Shown piece by piece: positions 1 through 9,498 of a DNA stretch of 64,000 nt. Within the stretch, counting starts at the first letter, position 1. Every line of letters starts with the position of its first letter. The DNA comes from Thermoleophilia bacterium (lineage in GTDB: Bacteria > Actinomycetota > Thermoleophilia > Gaiellales > JAICJC01): NCBI GenBank assembly GCA_025934255.1, contig JAICYJ010000008.1, forward strand, positions 12,209 to 76,208, read 5' to 3'. The notes beneath the pieces were generated by a model. It worked only from the letters and a program-made list of their open reading frames with translations, ran no database searches and was not told the origin of the DNA. A program made the translations under genes and the position numbers.

Positions 1-282
1 GACGAGCGCGGCATCAGCCACAGCGGCGTCAAGGACCGCGGATTCATGGACTCCATCTACTTCACCGACCCGCTGGGCCTGCTGATCGAGCTGGCGTCCT
101 ATCGGTTCGAGCCACCGTTCGGTTACGCTCACGCCGACGTGCTGCTGGAAGCGCACAAGATCCGCGTCGAACGCGGCGACCGCAACATCGGCGAGGTGCA
201 CCTGGCGGACGCGATCGAGATCCTCGTCACCCGGTCGCGCGAGTCGCTGTCGGACGACCGATCACCCAGGAACCCGTACTAG
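1..282 (+). CDS. VOC/glyoxalase family protein, 5' end outside window
   Basis: Open frame from base 1; VOC C-terminal motif SIYFTDPLGLLIEL. Confidence 0.8.
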   Translation, partial: DERGISHSGVKDRGFMDSIYFTDPLGLLIELASYRFEPPFGYAHADVLLEAHKIRVERGDRNIGEVHLADAIEILVTRSRESLSDDRSPRNPY

Positions 283-299
283 CAACCACGGAGGACGCA

Positions 300-989
300 A
301 TGGCCGAGATCAAGCTTCACATCCTCAAGCCCAGCGTGAACAACCTCACGGCCCGCATCTTCGTGCGCGCAGCGGGGCTCGACTTCGAAGAGGTCGACGT
401 GTGGGGGCAGACCCAGTCGCCGGAGTTTCTGAAGGCAAACCCGGCCCGGCTGACCCCGATGCTCGAGGAGGAGGGCCTGCCGCGGACGACGCTGTGGGAG
501 AGCTGCGCGATCATGCAGTACCTCTGCAACAAGCACGGGCTGGAGCAGCTCTATCCCAGCGACCCGGCCCAGCGGGCGATGGTCGACAGCGCCATGTTCT
601 ATCTGATCGGCACGCTCTACCCCCTGGTCGCGCGCGCCACCTATCCGGTGCTGCACTTCCCGCAGTACCCGGGCGAGGTGGGCTGGTCGGAGGCCGACGA
701 GGCCAGCAAGGCGGAGGCGCAGGCGGCGGCCGAGGCCGCGCTGGGGCATCCGCTGGAGGTCTATCGCGAGTTCTTCATGGACGGCAAGCGCTTCATCGGC
801 GGTGAGCATCCCGTGATCGCCGACATCCGGCTGGCGGCCACGCTCGAGTTCCTGGACGCGATCGACTACGCGCTGCCGGACTGGGCGCGCGAGTACATGG
901 CGGCGATGGAGTCGGAGCTGGGCGACGCCTACGCCGAGCCGGCCGCGGACGTGCGCGGCTACATCGCGTCGGTGAAGACGCCCGCCTAG
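300..989 (+). CDS. Glutathione S-transferase family protein
   Basis: RBS ggagga; NP..LTPML, LWESCAIMQYL and FIGG..IADI GST motifs. Confidence 0.85.
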   Translation: MAEIKLHILKPSVNNLTARIFVRAAGLDFEEVDVWGQTQSPEFLKANPARLTPMLEEEGLPRTTLWESCAIMQYLCNKHGLEQLYPSDPAQRAMVDSAMFYLIGTLYPLVARATYPVLHFPQYPGEVGWSEADEASKAEAQAAAEAALGHPLEVYREFFMDGKRFIGGEHPVIADIRLAATLEFLDAIDYALPDWAREYMAAMESELGDAYAEPAADVRGYIASVKTPA

Positions 990-1630
990 GGGCGGCTGAA
1001 GAACAGGTGGGTGACGGCCGGCGCGGCCACGCTCCGCCGCGGCTCCAGGCCGTGCAGGTCGTCCCCCAGCCCCTCGAACAGCCGCTCGCCCCCGCCCAGC
1101 AGGGTCGGTGCCAGGTTGATCACCATCTCGTCCACCAGGCCGGCTGCCAGGTACTCCTGACACGCCTGCGCGCCGCCGGCCAGCGACACGTCCTTGCCTC
1201 CGGCCGCCTGCCGCGCCTGCTCCAGCGCGGAGACGATCCCGTCGGTGACGAACGTGAAGGTGGTGCCGCCCTCGCAGACCAGCGGCTCGCGGGCATGGTG
1301 GGTGAGCACGAACACCGCGTGGTGAAATGGCGGATCGTCGCCCCACCAGCCGTTCCAGGGTGCGTCCGCGTCCCATCCGCCCGGGTGGCCGCCGAACATG
1401 TTGCGGCCCATGATGGTCGCGCCCACGTTGGCCAGCCCCTCCTCCACCACGGCCGAGCTCTCGTTCACCTCGCCGCCGTCGAGGCCGTGCGGCGCCCGCC
1501 AGGACTCCAGCTCGAAGGCCCACTCGTGCAGGCGCGTGCCGCCCACGCCGAGCGGGTTCTCGACGCTCTGATCGGGGCCGGCCACGTAGCCGTCGAGCGA
1601 CATCGAGATGGTCAGGCGCAGCTTCGACAT
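986..1630 (-). CDS. Dihydrofolate reductase-like (RibD C-terminal) protein
   Basis: Start trimmed to MSKLRLTISMSLDGYVAG; IMGRNMF, GGA, LVDEM..LLGGGERLF motifs. Confidence 0.9.
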   Translation of the reverse strand: MSKLRLTISMSLDGYVAGPDQSVENPLGVGGTRLHEWAFELESWRAPHGLDGGEVNESSAVVEEGLANVGATIMGRNMFGGHPGGWDADAPWNGWWGDDPPFHHAVFVLTHHAREPLVCEGGTTFTFVTDGIVSALEQARQAAGGKDVSLAGGAQACQEYLAAGLVDEMVINLAPTLLGGGERLFEGLGDDLHGLEPRRSVAAPAVTHLFFSRP

Positions 1631-1723
1631 GGCCCGCACCTTACCCCGATCGAGCCCGTTGCCAGCGAGCGAAGGCCGGGTAGCATCCGGGGCCAGACCA
1701 CTCCCTCGCAGGAGGAGCATCCG

Positions 1724-2092
1724 ATGGCAGGACAGATCGTGCACTTCGAGATCCCGGCCGACGACACGGGCGCAGGCCAGGCGTTCTGGGGATCGCTGTT
1801 CGGCTGGAAGTTCGAGGCCTATCCCGGCCCCTTCGAGTACCACATGACCCGCATCGGCGAGCAGACCGGCGCCGCGATCACCAACATGGAGCCGGGCAAG
1901 CGCGGCACCCGCGCCTACTTCAGCGTCGATGAGATCAACGCGGGAGCGGCGCGCGTGCGCGAGCTGGGCGGGCAGGCCGCCGATCCGATGCCGGTGCCGG
2001 GGATGGGCTGGTTCTCGACCTGCACCGACCCGCAGGGGAACGAGTTCGGCCTCTGGCAGAACGACGAAGCCGCTCCCACGCCCGAGATGTAG
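1724..2092 (+). CDS. VOC family protein
   Basis: RBS aggagg then MAGQIVHFEIPADD...DPQGNEFGLWQ. Confidence 0.9.
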   Translation: MAGQIVHFEIPADDTGAGQAFWGSLFGWKFEAYPGPFEYHMTRIGEQTGAAITNMEPGKRGTRAYFSVDEINAGAARVRELGGQAADPMPVPGMGWFSTCTDPQGNEFGLWQNDEAAPTPEM

Positions 2093-2094
2093 CC

Positions 2095-2400
2095 GTGGCC
2101 ACGTTTCACGTCGTGATCCACCGGTCGGGGCCCGACTACGACCGGTCGCTGCAGCTCGAGCAGCAGTCCGGCTGGGACGAGCACGCCGCGTTCATGGACG
2201 GGCTCGTGGACGCGGGCTTCATCGTCCTGGGAGGACCGCTCGGGGACGAGTACCGCGTCGTCCACGTCGCTGAGGCTGCGTCGGCCGACGAGGTGCGTGA
2301 CACGCTGGCGCACGATCCATGGAGCGGCACGCACCTGGTCGTCGACAGCATCGATGCATGGACGCTGCGGCTGGACGCACGTCGTCCCACCGGCGCCTGA
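2095..2400 (+). CDS. YciI-like protein
   Basis: WDEHAAFMD..LGGPL..DPW motif; 2 bp after upstream stop. Confidence 0.75.
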   Translation: MATFHVVIHRSGPDYDRSLQLEQQSGWDEHAAFMDGLVDAGFIVLGGPLGDEYRVVHVAEAASADEVRDTLAHDPWSGTHLVVDSIDAWTLRLDARRPTGA

Positions 2401-2401
2401 G

Positions 2402-3835
2402 TCAGACCGCGTCCAGCACCTGTCCCTGCTCGGCGGGGACGGCGCTGGGCGCGGCGCCGCGCTTCGGAACCAGCAACGCCGCTGCGAAGCCGAGCAGCAG
2501 CATCGCGGCCGACAGCCAGAACGCGTCCACGAACGCGCCCTGCGTGGGCAACGCTCCGGCGACGACGCTGGCGGTCAGGATGCTCGCGGAGATCTGGCCG
2601 CCCAGCGCACCGCCGACGTTTCGGAAGATCACGTTCATGCCGGTCGCGACGCCGGTCTGATCCGGCCGCACCGACTCCACGATCACGTTCACCATCGAGG
2701 CGAAGGCCAGGCCGATGCCCAGGCCCATCACGAACGTGGCCGTGTAGACCTGCCAGCTCTGGCTGTGCAACAGCGCCAGCTGCACCCAGGCGACGGCACT
2801 CAGCAGCCCGCCCAGCGCCAGCGGCACGCGCGAGCCCACCGTCACCGACATGCGGCCCGCCACCGGTCCCACCAGGAGCATGCCGACCGTCGCCGGCAGC
2901 AGGAAGATCCCGGCCTCGGTGACGGAGGCGCCGAATCCGTAGCCGGTCGATTTCGGCATCTCCACGAACTGCGGGATCAGCACGAACGACGCGAACATGC
3001 CAAAGCCGATCAGCGTGGCCGACAGGTTGGTCGCCCACACCGGCCGGTCGCGCAGCATCGTCATGTCCACCAGCGGCTCCGCCATCCGCGACTCGACGGC
3101 CACCCATGCGACCACGGCCAGCACGGAGGCCGCCAGCAGGCCCAGCGTCAGCGCCGACGTCCAGCCCCAGCTCGGCCCCTCGCTGACCGCGACCAGCAGC
3201 GCCACCAGCCAGGCGGCCAGCAGCACGCCCCCGGCCCAGTCGACCCTGCCGGGAGTGCGGATCGGCGACTCCGGGATCATCACCATCGTGATGATCGCGA
3301 CCGGCACGATCGCCGCCAGCGGCAGCCAGAACAGCCAGTGGTAGTTGAGGTGCTGCACGATCGGGCCGGACAGCACGATGCCGAGGCCGCCGCCGATCCC
3401 GACCAGGGCCGAGATCATGGCGATGCCGTGCGCGATCCGCTCGCGCGGGAACTCGTCCCGGATGATCGAGAAGGCCAGCGGGAACACGGCGCCGCCGATG
3501 CCCTGGATCACGCGGGCCGCGGTCATCAGCGCGATCGTCGACGACAGCGCCGCCAGCAGCGTGCCGAGCGCCAGCACCCACAGCGTGATCACCAGCATCT
3601 TCTTCTTGCCGAACATGTCGCCCAGCCGGCCCACGATCGGGGTGGCCACGCAGGCGCTCAGCAGGTAGGCGGTGAGGATCCAGGTGGCGCCGGTGGCGGA
3701 GGCGTTCAGGTCGGCCTGGATGGCCGGCAGCGCGGGCGCCACCAGCGACTGCAGCAGCGCGTAGACGATTGCGGCCACGGCCAGGGTGGCGAACGTGATG
3801 CCGTAGTGCTGCCGATGCTCGGGCGCGGCCTCCAT
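2402..3835 (-). CDS. MFS transporter (DHA2-like, about 14 TM)
   Basis: GRLGDMFGKKK motif A, many hydrophobic segments; overlaps TetR stop. Confidence 0.92.
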   Translation of the reverse strand: MEAAPEHRQHYGITFATLAVAAIVYALLQSLVAPALPAIQADLNASATGATWILTAYLLSACVATPIVGRLGDMFGKKKMLVITLWVLALGTLLAALSSTIALMTAARVIQGIGGAVFPLAFSIIRDEFPRERIAHGIAMISALVGIGGGLGIVLSGPIVQHLNYHWLFWLPLAAIVPVAIITMVMIPESPIRTPGRVDWAGGVLLAAWLVALLVAVSEGPSWGWTSALTLGLLAASVLAVVAWVAVESRMAEPLVDMTMLRDRPVWATNLSATLIGFGMFASFVLIPQFVEMPKSTGYGFGASVTEAGIFLLPATVGMLLVGPVAGRMSVTVGSRVPLALGGLLSAVAWVQLALLHSQSWQVYTATFVMGLGIGLAFASMVNVIVESVRPDQTGVATGMNVIFRNVGGALGGQISASILTASVVAGALPTQGAFVDAFWLSAAMLLLGFAAALLVPKRGAAPSAVPAEQGQVLDAV

Positions 3836-4461
3836 CAGGCCGTCCGCCGCCTTGCCGGGGTGGCGCCGATCGCGGCCAGGCCGCCCTCCAGGAACGCCGC
3901 TGCCTGGTCGAGCACCGCGACCGCCTGCGTGCGGGAGGCGGTGGCGCCGTGCACGCTGCGGGCCTGGGCCTTCGCGATCGAGATCGCCGACAGGGCTGCG
4001 GCGGCGGCGAACCGCGGGCGCGGCCCGTCGGCCGGCTCGCCCAGATCGGCGGCGATCGCCTCGGCCAGCGCGTCCTCGACCTCGGCCAGGCGTGCGCGGT
4101 AGTGCACGCGCAGCTGCTCGTTCTCGGCGATCAGCCGCTCGCGAAGCGCCTCGCGCGGGCCGGGCGTGATCATGTGGTCGGCTACGAAGGCGCGCAGCGT
4201 GTCCACCGCCGACAGGCCGTTGCTGCGGTGGCGGAGCTCGTGGCAGAGCTGGTCACGCAACGGCGAGGTGTCGGCGAACACGATCTCCTCCTGGGAGGGG
4301 AAGTACGCGAACAGCGTACCCTTGGAGACCTCCGCCGCCTCGGCGATCTCGGCCACAGTCGTCTGCTGGTAGCCGCGCTCGGCGAACAGGTCGAGCGCCA
4401 CCGTCGCGATCGCCTCGCGCGTGCGCAGCTTCTTCCGCTCCCGTAGGCCCAGCTCGCCCAT
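3835..4461 (-). CDS. TetR family transcriptional regulator
   Basis: GLRERKK..TTVAEIAEAAEVSKGTLFAYF HTH. Confidence 0.95.
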   Translation of the reverse strand: MGELGLRERKKLRTREAIATVALDLFAERGYQQTTVAEIAEAAEVSKGTLFAYFPSQEEIVFADTSPLRDQLCHELRHRSNGLSAVDTLRAFVADHMITPGPREALRERLIAENEQLRVHYRARLAEVEDALAEAIAADLGEPADGPRPRFAAAAALSAISIAKAQARSVHGATASRTQAVAVLDQAAAFLEGGLAAIGATPARRRTA

Positions 4462-4485
4462 GGCGGACAGGCTAGCAGGATTTAT

Positions 4486-4513
4486 GAACTGAGTCCAGTT
4501 TTGTCCTCGGTGC
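4486..4513. promoter_or_regulatory. Probable TetR operator
   Basis: Imperfect inverted repeat gaactgagtcca-N4-tgtcctcggtgc (8/12) just upstream of the TetR -10 box TAGCCT. Confidence 0.5.
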
Positions 4514-4518
4514 GATAA

Positions 4519-5037
4519 TCAGCCCGCTGCGGCGGCGGCCAGGTCGAGCCGCCAGTCGTTGCAGCGCATGACCGTGCCGGGCGGGTACTCGAGGTCGACG
4601 GGGCCGGCCAGCTCGAAGCCGAGCCGCCGGCAGATCGCGTTCGACGGCCCGTTGTCGACCGACGGGTAGGCGTGTAGGAACCGCGGCTCGTGCTCGGCGC
4701 GGGCGAGCGCGATCACCAGCGCGGCGCCGGCCCGGGCCAGCCCCCGGCCCTGGCACTCCGGGGCCACCGACCAGCCGATCTCGAACACCTCGCCCCCCTG
4801 CCACTCGCGGTGCCAGTAGCCGACCCAGCCGGCGCCCTCACCGGTGTCCGTGTCGACGATCCGGTACTGCCGGGAGCCGAGCTGCCGGTACTCGGCCTGG
4901 CGCTTCGCGATCCGCTCAGGGCTCTCGGGGCCGCCCAGATGGGCCATCATCGCGGGATCGGCCAGCAGCCGCTCGAGCAACGGCAGATCGCCGTCGCCCC
5001 ACGGTTCGATCCGGGCGGAGGTGTGATCGCTGCTCAT
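4519..5037 (-). CDS. GNAT (RimJ/RimL-like) N-acetyltransferase
   Basis: EIGWSV.PECQGRGLA and N.PSNAICRRLGF motifs; start trimmed to MSSDHT. Confidence 0.9.
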   Translation of the reverse strand: MSSDHTSARIEPWGDGDLPLLERLLADPAMMAHLGGPESPERIAKRQAEYRQLGSRQYRIVDTDTGEGAGWVGYWHREWQGGEVFEIGWSVAPECQGRGLARAGAALVIALARAEHEPRFLHAYPSVDNGPSNAICRRLGFELAGPVDLEYPPGTVMRCNDWRLDLAAAAAG

Positions 5038-5083
5038 CGGTCCCGGAGCGTACCGGCGCCCACTCGAGCGGTAGGCTCTGGCC

Positions 5084-6115
5084 GTGCTGCGCACCCTGCT
5101 TCTGATCGCCCAGCTGGACATCCTCGGCGACCTGGGCGGCTGGTTCGAGGAGGTCTGGGACCAGATCCGGTCGATCGACGTCAAGTACCTGATCCTGGGC
5201 TGCACGCTGCAGACGATCCAGACCGTGCTGAACGGCCTCGCCTGGCGCAACATCCTGGCCGAGTCCTACGGCCACGAGCGGACGCCCGCGCGGCAGCTGG
5301 TCGCGGCCTACTCCGGCGGCATCGCCCTCAACTCGTTCCTGCCGGCGCAGGCCGGGACGTTCGCCTACTTCGGCATGTTCCGGGTGATCATCGTGGGATC
5401 GGCCTTCGCCGGGATCCTGGCCGCCGGCGTCGTCCAGAACCTGTTCTTCGGCGTGATCGGCACGCTCAACTACGTCTTCCTGTTCCTGTCCCGGCCGGAC
5501 TCGGAATCGGCCGCCGAGCACCAGGTCACCGAGGACGGCGGCATCAAGCTGGTGTTCCTGGTCATGGCCGCGATCCTGCTGATCGTGGTCGCCCGCTTCC
5601 TCTGGAAGCGCTACCGCAAGGTCTGGGACGACGCCAAGGCGGGTGCCGTGATCCTGCGCACGCCGAGGCTGTACGTGACGCGTGTGCTGTCGCTGCAGGT
5701 GGCCTCGTACGTCGCTCGGATGGGGGTCAACGCCACCTACATGTCCGCGTTTGGCATACCTGTGACGATCCGCAACATCTTCCTGATCATCGCGGCCAAC
5801 TCGATCTCGTCCACCTTTGCGGTCACGCCGGGCGGCGTCGGTACCCAGCAGGCGCTGGCGTCGGTGGCCCTGCGCGACGTCGCACCGGCCAGCACCGTCA
5901 CCGCCTACTCGCTGGCACAGCAGCTGATCTCGATGGCCTGGAACATCACCTTCGGCCTGATCATGATGATCTCGACGTTCGGCTGGTCGACGACCAAGGG
6001 CATGATCCAGGAGAGCCGCAAGGAGGCTAAGCAGAAGCGCTCGCTGAGCGACCTCGAGAAGGAGGACGAGCCGGGCGCGGCGGCAGCGGACGCGACGGCC
6101 GGGGACCCCGGCTAG
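5084..6115 (+). CDS. Lysylphosphatidylglycerol-synthase TM (flippase-like) domain membrane protein
   Basis: NSFLPAQAG and TPGGVG motifs, multiple TM segments. Confidence 0.8.
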   Translation: MLRTLLLIAQLDILGDLGGWFEEVWDQIRSIDVKYLILGCTLQTIQTVLNGLAWRNILAESYGHERTPARQLVAAYSGGIALNSFLPAQAGTFAYFGMFRVIIVGSAFAGILAAGVVQNLFFGVIGTLNYVFLFLSRPDSESAAEHQVTEDGGIKLVFLVMAAILLIVVARFLWKRYRKVWDDAKAGAVILRTPRLYVTRVLSLQVASYVARMGVNATYMSAFGIPVTIRNIFLIIAANSISSTFAVTPGGVGTQQALASVALRDVAPASTVTAYSLAQQLISMAWNITFGLIMMISTFGWSTTKGMIQESRKEAKQKRSLSDLEKEDEPGAAAADATAGDPG

Positions 6116-6280
6116 GCAAACACATTGGTGACGGTAGACGCGGCCGATCGCGTCGACCACCCGAGGATGTTTTCGGGGCACGCATCCGACCTGATCGACA
6201 TCAGTAGGCTGAGCCGCGGCCGGTTCTTGATAGACGGTCTGGCGGACACGGTGCCATCGCCGGAGCCCTACTATCGGTAG

Positions 6281-6556
6281 ATGGACACTGCTGCGCCACC
6301 ACTCCCTGCCGGTACGGTGCACGAAACGATCCCGGTCGATCTGCGCGAAACCCTGACCCGCGACGCCAAGGCTCGCGCGACCTGGATGGCTATCACGCCG
6401 CTGGCGCGTAACGAGTGGATCTGCCTGATCACGTCGGCAAAGCAGCTGCAAACACGCGAGCGCCGACTTGAGCGGACTCGCTCACAGCTGTCGCAGGGAC
6501 AGCGCCGACCGTGCTGCTGGGAGGGCTGCCCCCATCGCGAAAAGACCGGCAGGTAG
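6281..6556 (+). CDS. YdeI/OmpD-associated family protein
   Basis: ITPLARNEWIC.ITSAKQ..TR.RR; C-terminal RPCCW.GC.HR. Confidence 0.8.
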   Translation: MDTAAPPLPAGTVHETIPVDLRETLTRDAKARATWMAITPLARNEWICLITSAKQLQTRERRLERTRSQLSQGQRRPCCWEGCPHREKTGR

Positions 6557-6584
6557 CGACTGAGCATCCGATAGTCTCGGCCTG

Positions 6585-7820
6585 GTGTCCGATTCCGCCG
6601 GTATCGCCACGCTGTTCGACTCCGCCAGCCACGAGCCGCTGACCACGGAGCCGTGGGACGAGGGCCGCGCCACCGCCGCAATCGCCGCGATCGTGGACGA
6701 CGCCGAGCGGGCGTTCGATGCGCACGGGCTGTGGCCGATCCACGAGCGCGACGTGCACGGCGACGAGGGCCGCGCGCTGAGCGGGCTCTACCTGGGCGCT
6801 GCCGGCGTGATCTGGGCGCTTCACGAGCTGGGATCGCAGCGCGACTTCGCGGAGGTCGCCGACGGGCTCGACCGGCGGTTCCTGGACGAGCCCGACTTCG
6901 AGCCGGAGAAGGGCGAGCCGGCGCCCGGCCTGTGGATGGGCCGGTCGGGCATCCTGGCCGTCGCGGAGCGCCTGTCGCCCGATCCTGTCCGCCGCGACCT
7001 GCTGCTGGACGTGCTCGAGCAGAACGTCGGGAACCCCACCGTCGAGGTGATGTGGGGCGCCCCCGGATCGCTGCTGGTCGCGTCGGAGATGCTCGACCGC
7101 ACCGGCGACCCGCGCTGGGCGGATCTCTGGAACCGGCTGGCCGAGGACGTCTGGAGCGGCTTCGTCGAGGACGAGCGGCTGGGCTACCGGATCTGGACGC
7201 AGCTGCTCTACGGCACCGTCGCGCAGTACATCAGCCCGGCGCATGGGTTCGCGGGCAACGTCGCCGCCCTGGCGGGGCGGCCGCAGATGCTGGGCGCGGA
7301 GCGGATGGCTGAGCTGGAGCGCGAGGCGGTGCGCACGTCCACCGCCACTGCCGTGATCGACGGCGACCTCGCCAACTGGCAGCCGCTGGCCGGCGAATCG
7401 CTGGACGGCAGCCCGGGCCGCGTACGGGCGATCCGCACCCAGTGGTGCCACGGCGCCCCCGGGCAGGTGGCGACGCTGGCCGGCATCGCCCCACACGATG
7501 CGACGTACACCCGGCTGCTGGTCGCCGGCGGCGAGCTGACGTGGAAGGCGGGCCCGCTGCGCAAGGGGCCCGGCCTCTGCCACGGCAGCGCGGGTAACGG
7601 CCTGGCGTTCCTGGCCCTGCACCGGCGCACGGGCGATCAGCTGTGGCTGGACAGGGCGCGCCGGTTCGCCATGCACTGCATCGAGCAGGTCGAGGCCGGA
7701 CGGGAGCGGTACGGGCATGGGTGGCACTCGCTGTGGACGGGCGACCCCGGCGCCGCGCTGTACCTGCGCAGCTGCATCGACCCGGAGGCGCGGATCGGGA
7801 TCGACCTCGGCTGCTGGTAA
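6585..7820 (+). CDS. Stand-alone LanC-like (lanthionine synthetase C) protein
   Basis: AHGFAG, WCHGAPG and LCHGSAGN zinc/catalytic motifs; GxxG repeats. Confidence 0.9.
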   Translation: MSDSAGIATLFDSASHEPLTTEPWDEGRATAAIAAIVDDAERAFDAHGLWPIHERDVHGDEGRALSGLYLGAAGVIWALHELGSQRDFAEVADGLDRRFLDEPDFEPEKGEPAPGLWMGRSGILAVAERLSPDPVRRDLLLDVLEQNVGNPTVEVMWGAPGSLLVASEMLDRTGDPRWADLWNRLAEDVWSGFVEDERLGYRIWTQLLYGTVAQYISPAHGFAGNVAALAGRPQMLGAERMAELEREAVRTSTATAVIDGDLANWQPLAGESLDGSPGRVRAIRTQWCHGAPGQVATLAGIAPHDATYTRLLVAGGELTWKAGPLRKGPGLCHGSAGNGLAFLALHRRTGDQLWLDRARRFAMHCIEQVEAGRERYGHGWHSLWTGDPGAALYLRSCIDPEARIGIDLGCW

Positions 7821-7826
7821 ACCGGT

Positions 7827-8207
7827 CTAGCGCTCAGCGCGCCGCTCGCGGAGCCGGTGCCTCCCGGCGGCGAGCGATACCGAGGTGCACACCCAGATGA
7901 TCAGCGCCGCCTCCACGTACGTGGCTGCGCCGTGGATGGACAGCCCGGAGACGAACAGCTCGACGACGATCAGCGAGACGACCGTTGCGCCCAGCGACAC
8001 GACCAGCAGCATCAGGAACGACGGGTCGCGGAAGAACACCCTCAGGGCCAGCAGCTCGGCCACGATGTGCACGACCCAGAAGACCAGGGTCGCGACCACC
8101 AGCGCGGTGAGCGTGACCGAGAAGCGCGACAGCAGGGCGGCAGACACGATCAGGCCAACGGCGATCCCGATCAGCGACGAGAACACCCTCATGCGCAACC
8201 GTCTCAT
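7827..8207 (-). CDS. 4-TM membrane protein (phage holin family 4-like)
   Basis: Four hydrophobic helices, GLSIHG..TY..AALIIW. Confidence 0.6.
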   Translation of the reverse strand: MRRLRMRVFSSLIGIAVGLIVSAALLSRFSVTLTALVVATLVFWVVHIVAELLALRVFFRDPSFLMLLVVSLGATVVSLIVVELFVSGLSIHGAATYVEAALIIWVCTSVSLAAGRHRLRERRAER

Positions 8208-8273
8208 CGTGACCGTCCTCCCTGGCTTACGTGATGGGCGGCTCGGCGACGCCGCGCGCCGATTCTAGACCGG

Positions 8274-8699
8274 TCAGCACTTCACGCCCGCGAACGCCTG
8301 CCGGTACGCGTTGCCGAGCGTCGATCCGGCGGACGCCAGTGCGGTGGCCGCGGCGGTCAGCGACTGGGCCGAGGTGATGCTGTCCGCGATCTGCTGCACC
8401 TGGGTCTTGAACGCAGCATTCGCGGCCTTGAGCTGGGTGCCGAGGTCGCCCTTCACGGTCGGGGCGGCGGTGGCGATCGTGTCCAGGTCGGAGTTGATCT
8501 TCTGCAGCGCGGTCTTGGCCTTGTCGACCGAGTCCGTCGAGAGCGGCAGCCCCTTCAGCGTGTCCACCTGCGCCTGGATGTCGGAGCTGGCGTCGCACGC
8601 CTGGCTCCTGGCCTTGTCGGCGGCGGACTGGCCGCCGCCGCAGCCCGCTGCTCCGAGCAGCGCCAGCGCCACGATTGAGATCAGACCGATCGGTTTCAA
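8274..8699 (-). CDS. Hypothetical helical lipoprotein
   Basis: TTG start after gggggag; lipobox LGAAGC. Confidence 0.7.
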   Translation of the reverse strand: MKPIGLISIVALALLGAAGCGGGQSAADKARSQACDASSDIQAQVDTLKGLPLSTDSVDKAKTALQKINSDLDTIATAAPTVKGDLGTQLKAANAAFKTQVQQIADSITSAQSLTAAATALASAGSTLGNAYRQAFAGVKC

Positions 8700-8785
8700 G
8701 CCACTCCCCCTGCGAGCGTGACCCCGAGCATAGGCGGTGATGGGCCCCCGGGCCAGCGCCCGTGACCGGGCCGGTCGCTGATAAT

Positions 8786-8818
8786 CCCGCGCGCCCCCCT
8801 CGCGGGCGAGCGCGCGGG
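8786..8818. terminator. GC-rich hairpin, putative terminator
   Basis: cccgcgcgc / gcgcgcggg stem directly after the stop of 8828-9421. Confidence 0.45.
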
Positions 8819-8827
8819 GCGATCGCA

Positions 8828-9421
8828 TCAGCGGGCGGGAGTGGGCGCCTTGACGCGGACGTGGTTGTGCATCTGCGACACGCGCGGCTGCATCCGGGCC
8901 ATCTGGTCGGCGCCCATGCGCGGGGCCAGCTCGGTCTCGCCGAACTTCGCGAACGCCTGGCCGGAGTCCCAGATGTCGACGACCACGAGGCCGTCGTCGG
9001 TGGCACCGATCACGTGCGCGACCGCCGGGTGCGCGCTGCCGTCGCCCGCGTGCGCTTCCATGTCGGCGGTGAGGGCGTCGTAGTCGTCGATGGTGAAGCC
9101 GTCGAGCTCGATCAGCACCAGCACCCCGGCCTCCTCGCCGCGCCCCTCGATGTGGTTGTGCACCGGCACGATCCGCGGCTCCGCCTGCGGCAGTCCCGCC
9201 TCGGCGATCGCGGCACTCAGCTTCTCGTCGAAGAAGCGCTGCAGATCCTCCGCAGACTCCCACACGTCGGCCACCATGACACCGGTGTCGGTAACGGCCG
9301 CGGCGTGGCTGATCAGCCCTGCAGGCGCGTTCTCCGGTGTCAGCCCGCCCAGCAGCCCGTCGACACGATCGTACTGCTCGGCCGTCGCGCCCTCGACATC
9401 CATGATCATCAGAATCGGCAT
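8828..9421 (-). CDS. Hypothetical protein with two tandem ABM/ferredoxin-like domains
   Basis: Internal duplication (Y..H....VADVWES / Y..H....VVDIWDS; VHNH / MHNH); RBS ggagg. Confidence 0.7.
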   Translation of the reverse strand: MPILMIMDVEGATAEQYDRVDGLLGGLTPENAPAGLISHAAAVTDTGVMVADVWESAEDLQRFFDEKLSAAIAEAGLPQAEPRIVPVHNHIEGRGEEAGVLVLIELDGFTIDDYDALTADMEAHAGDGSAHPAVAHVIGATDDGLVVVDIWDSGQAFAKFGETELAPRMGADQMARMQPRVSQMHNHVRVKAPTPAR

Positions 9422-9498
9422 CTCGGTCCACCTCCGGGGTGGGGTCTGGGACCGCGACCGTACCACCCACGTGTTGGCGACGTGTGTGTGGACGATGG

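Noticed and set aside
6281-8207. Lanthipeptide biosynthetic cluster
   Set aside because: The Cys-containing neighbour is a YdeI/OmpD-type protein, not a precursor; no dehydratase or exporter
7827-8207. Prophage lysis cassette
   Set aside because: The holin-like membrane protein has no endolysin or other phage genes nearby
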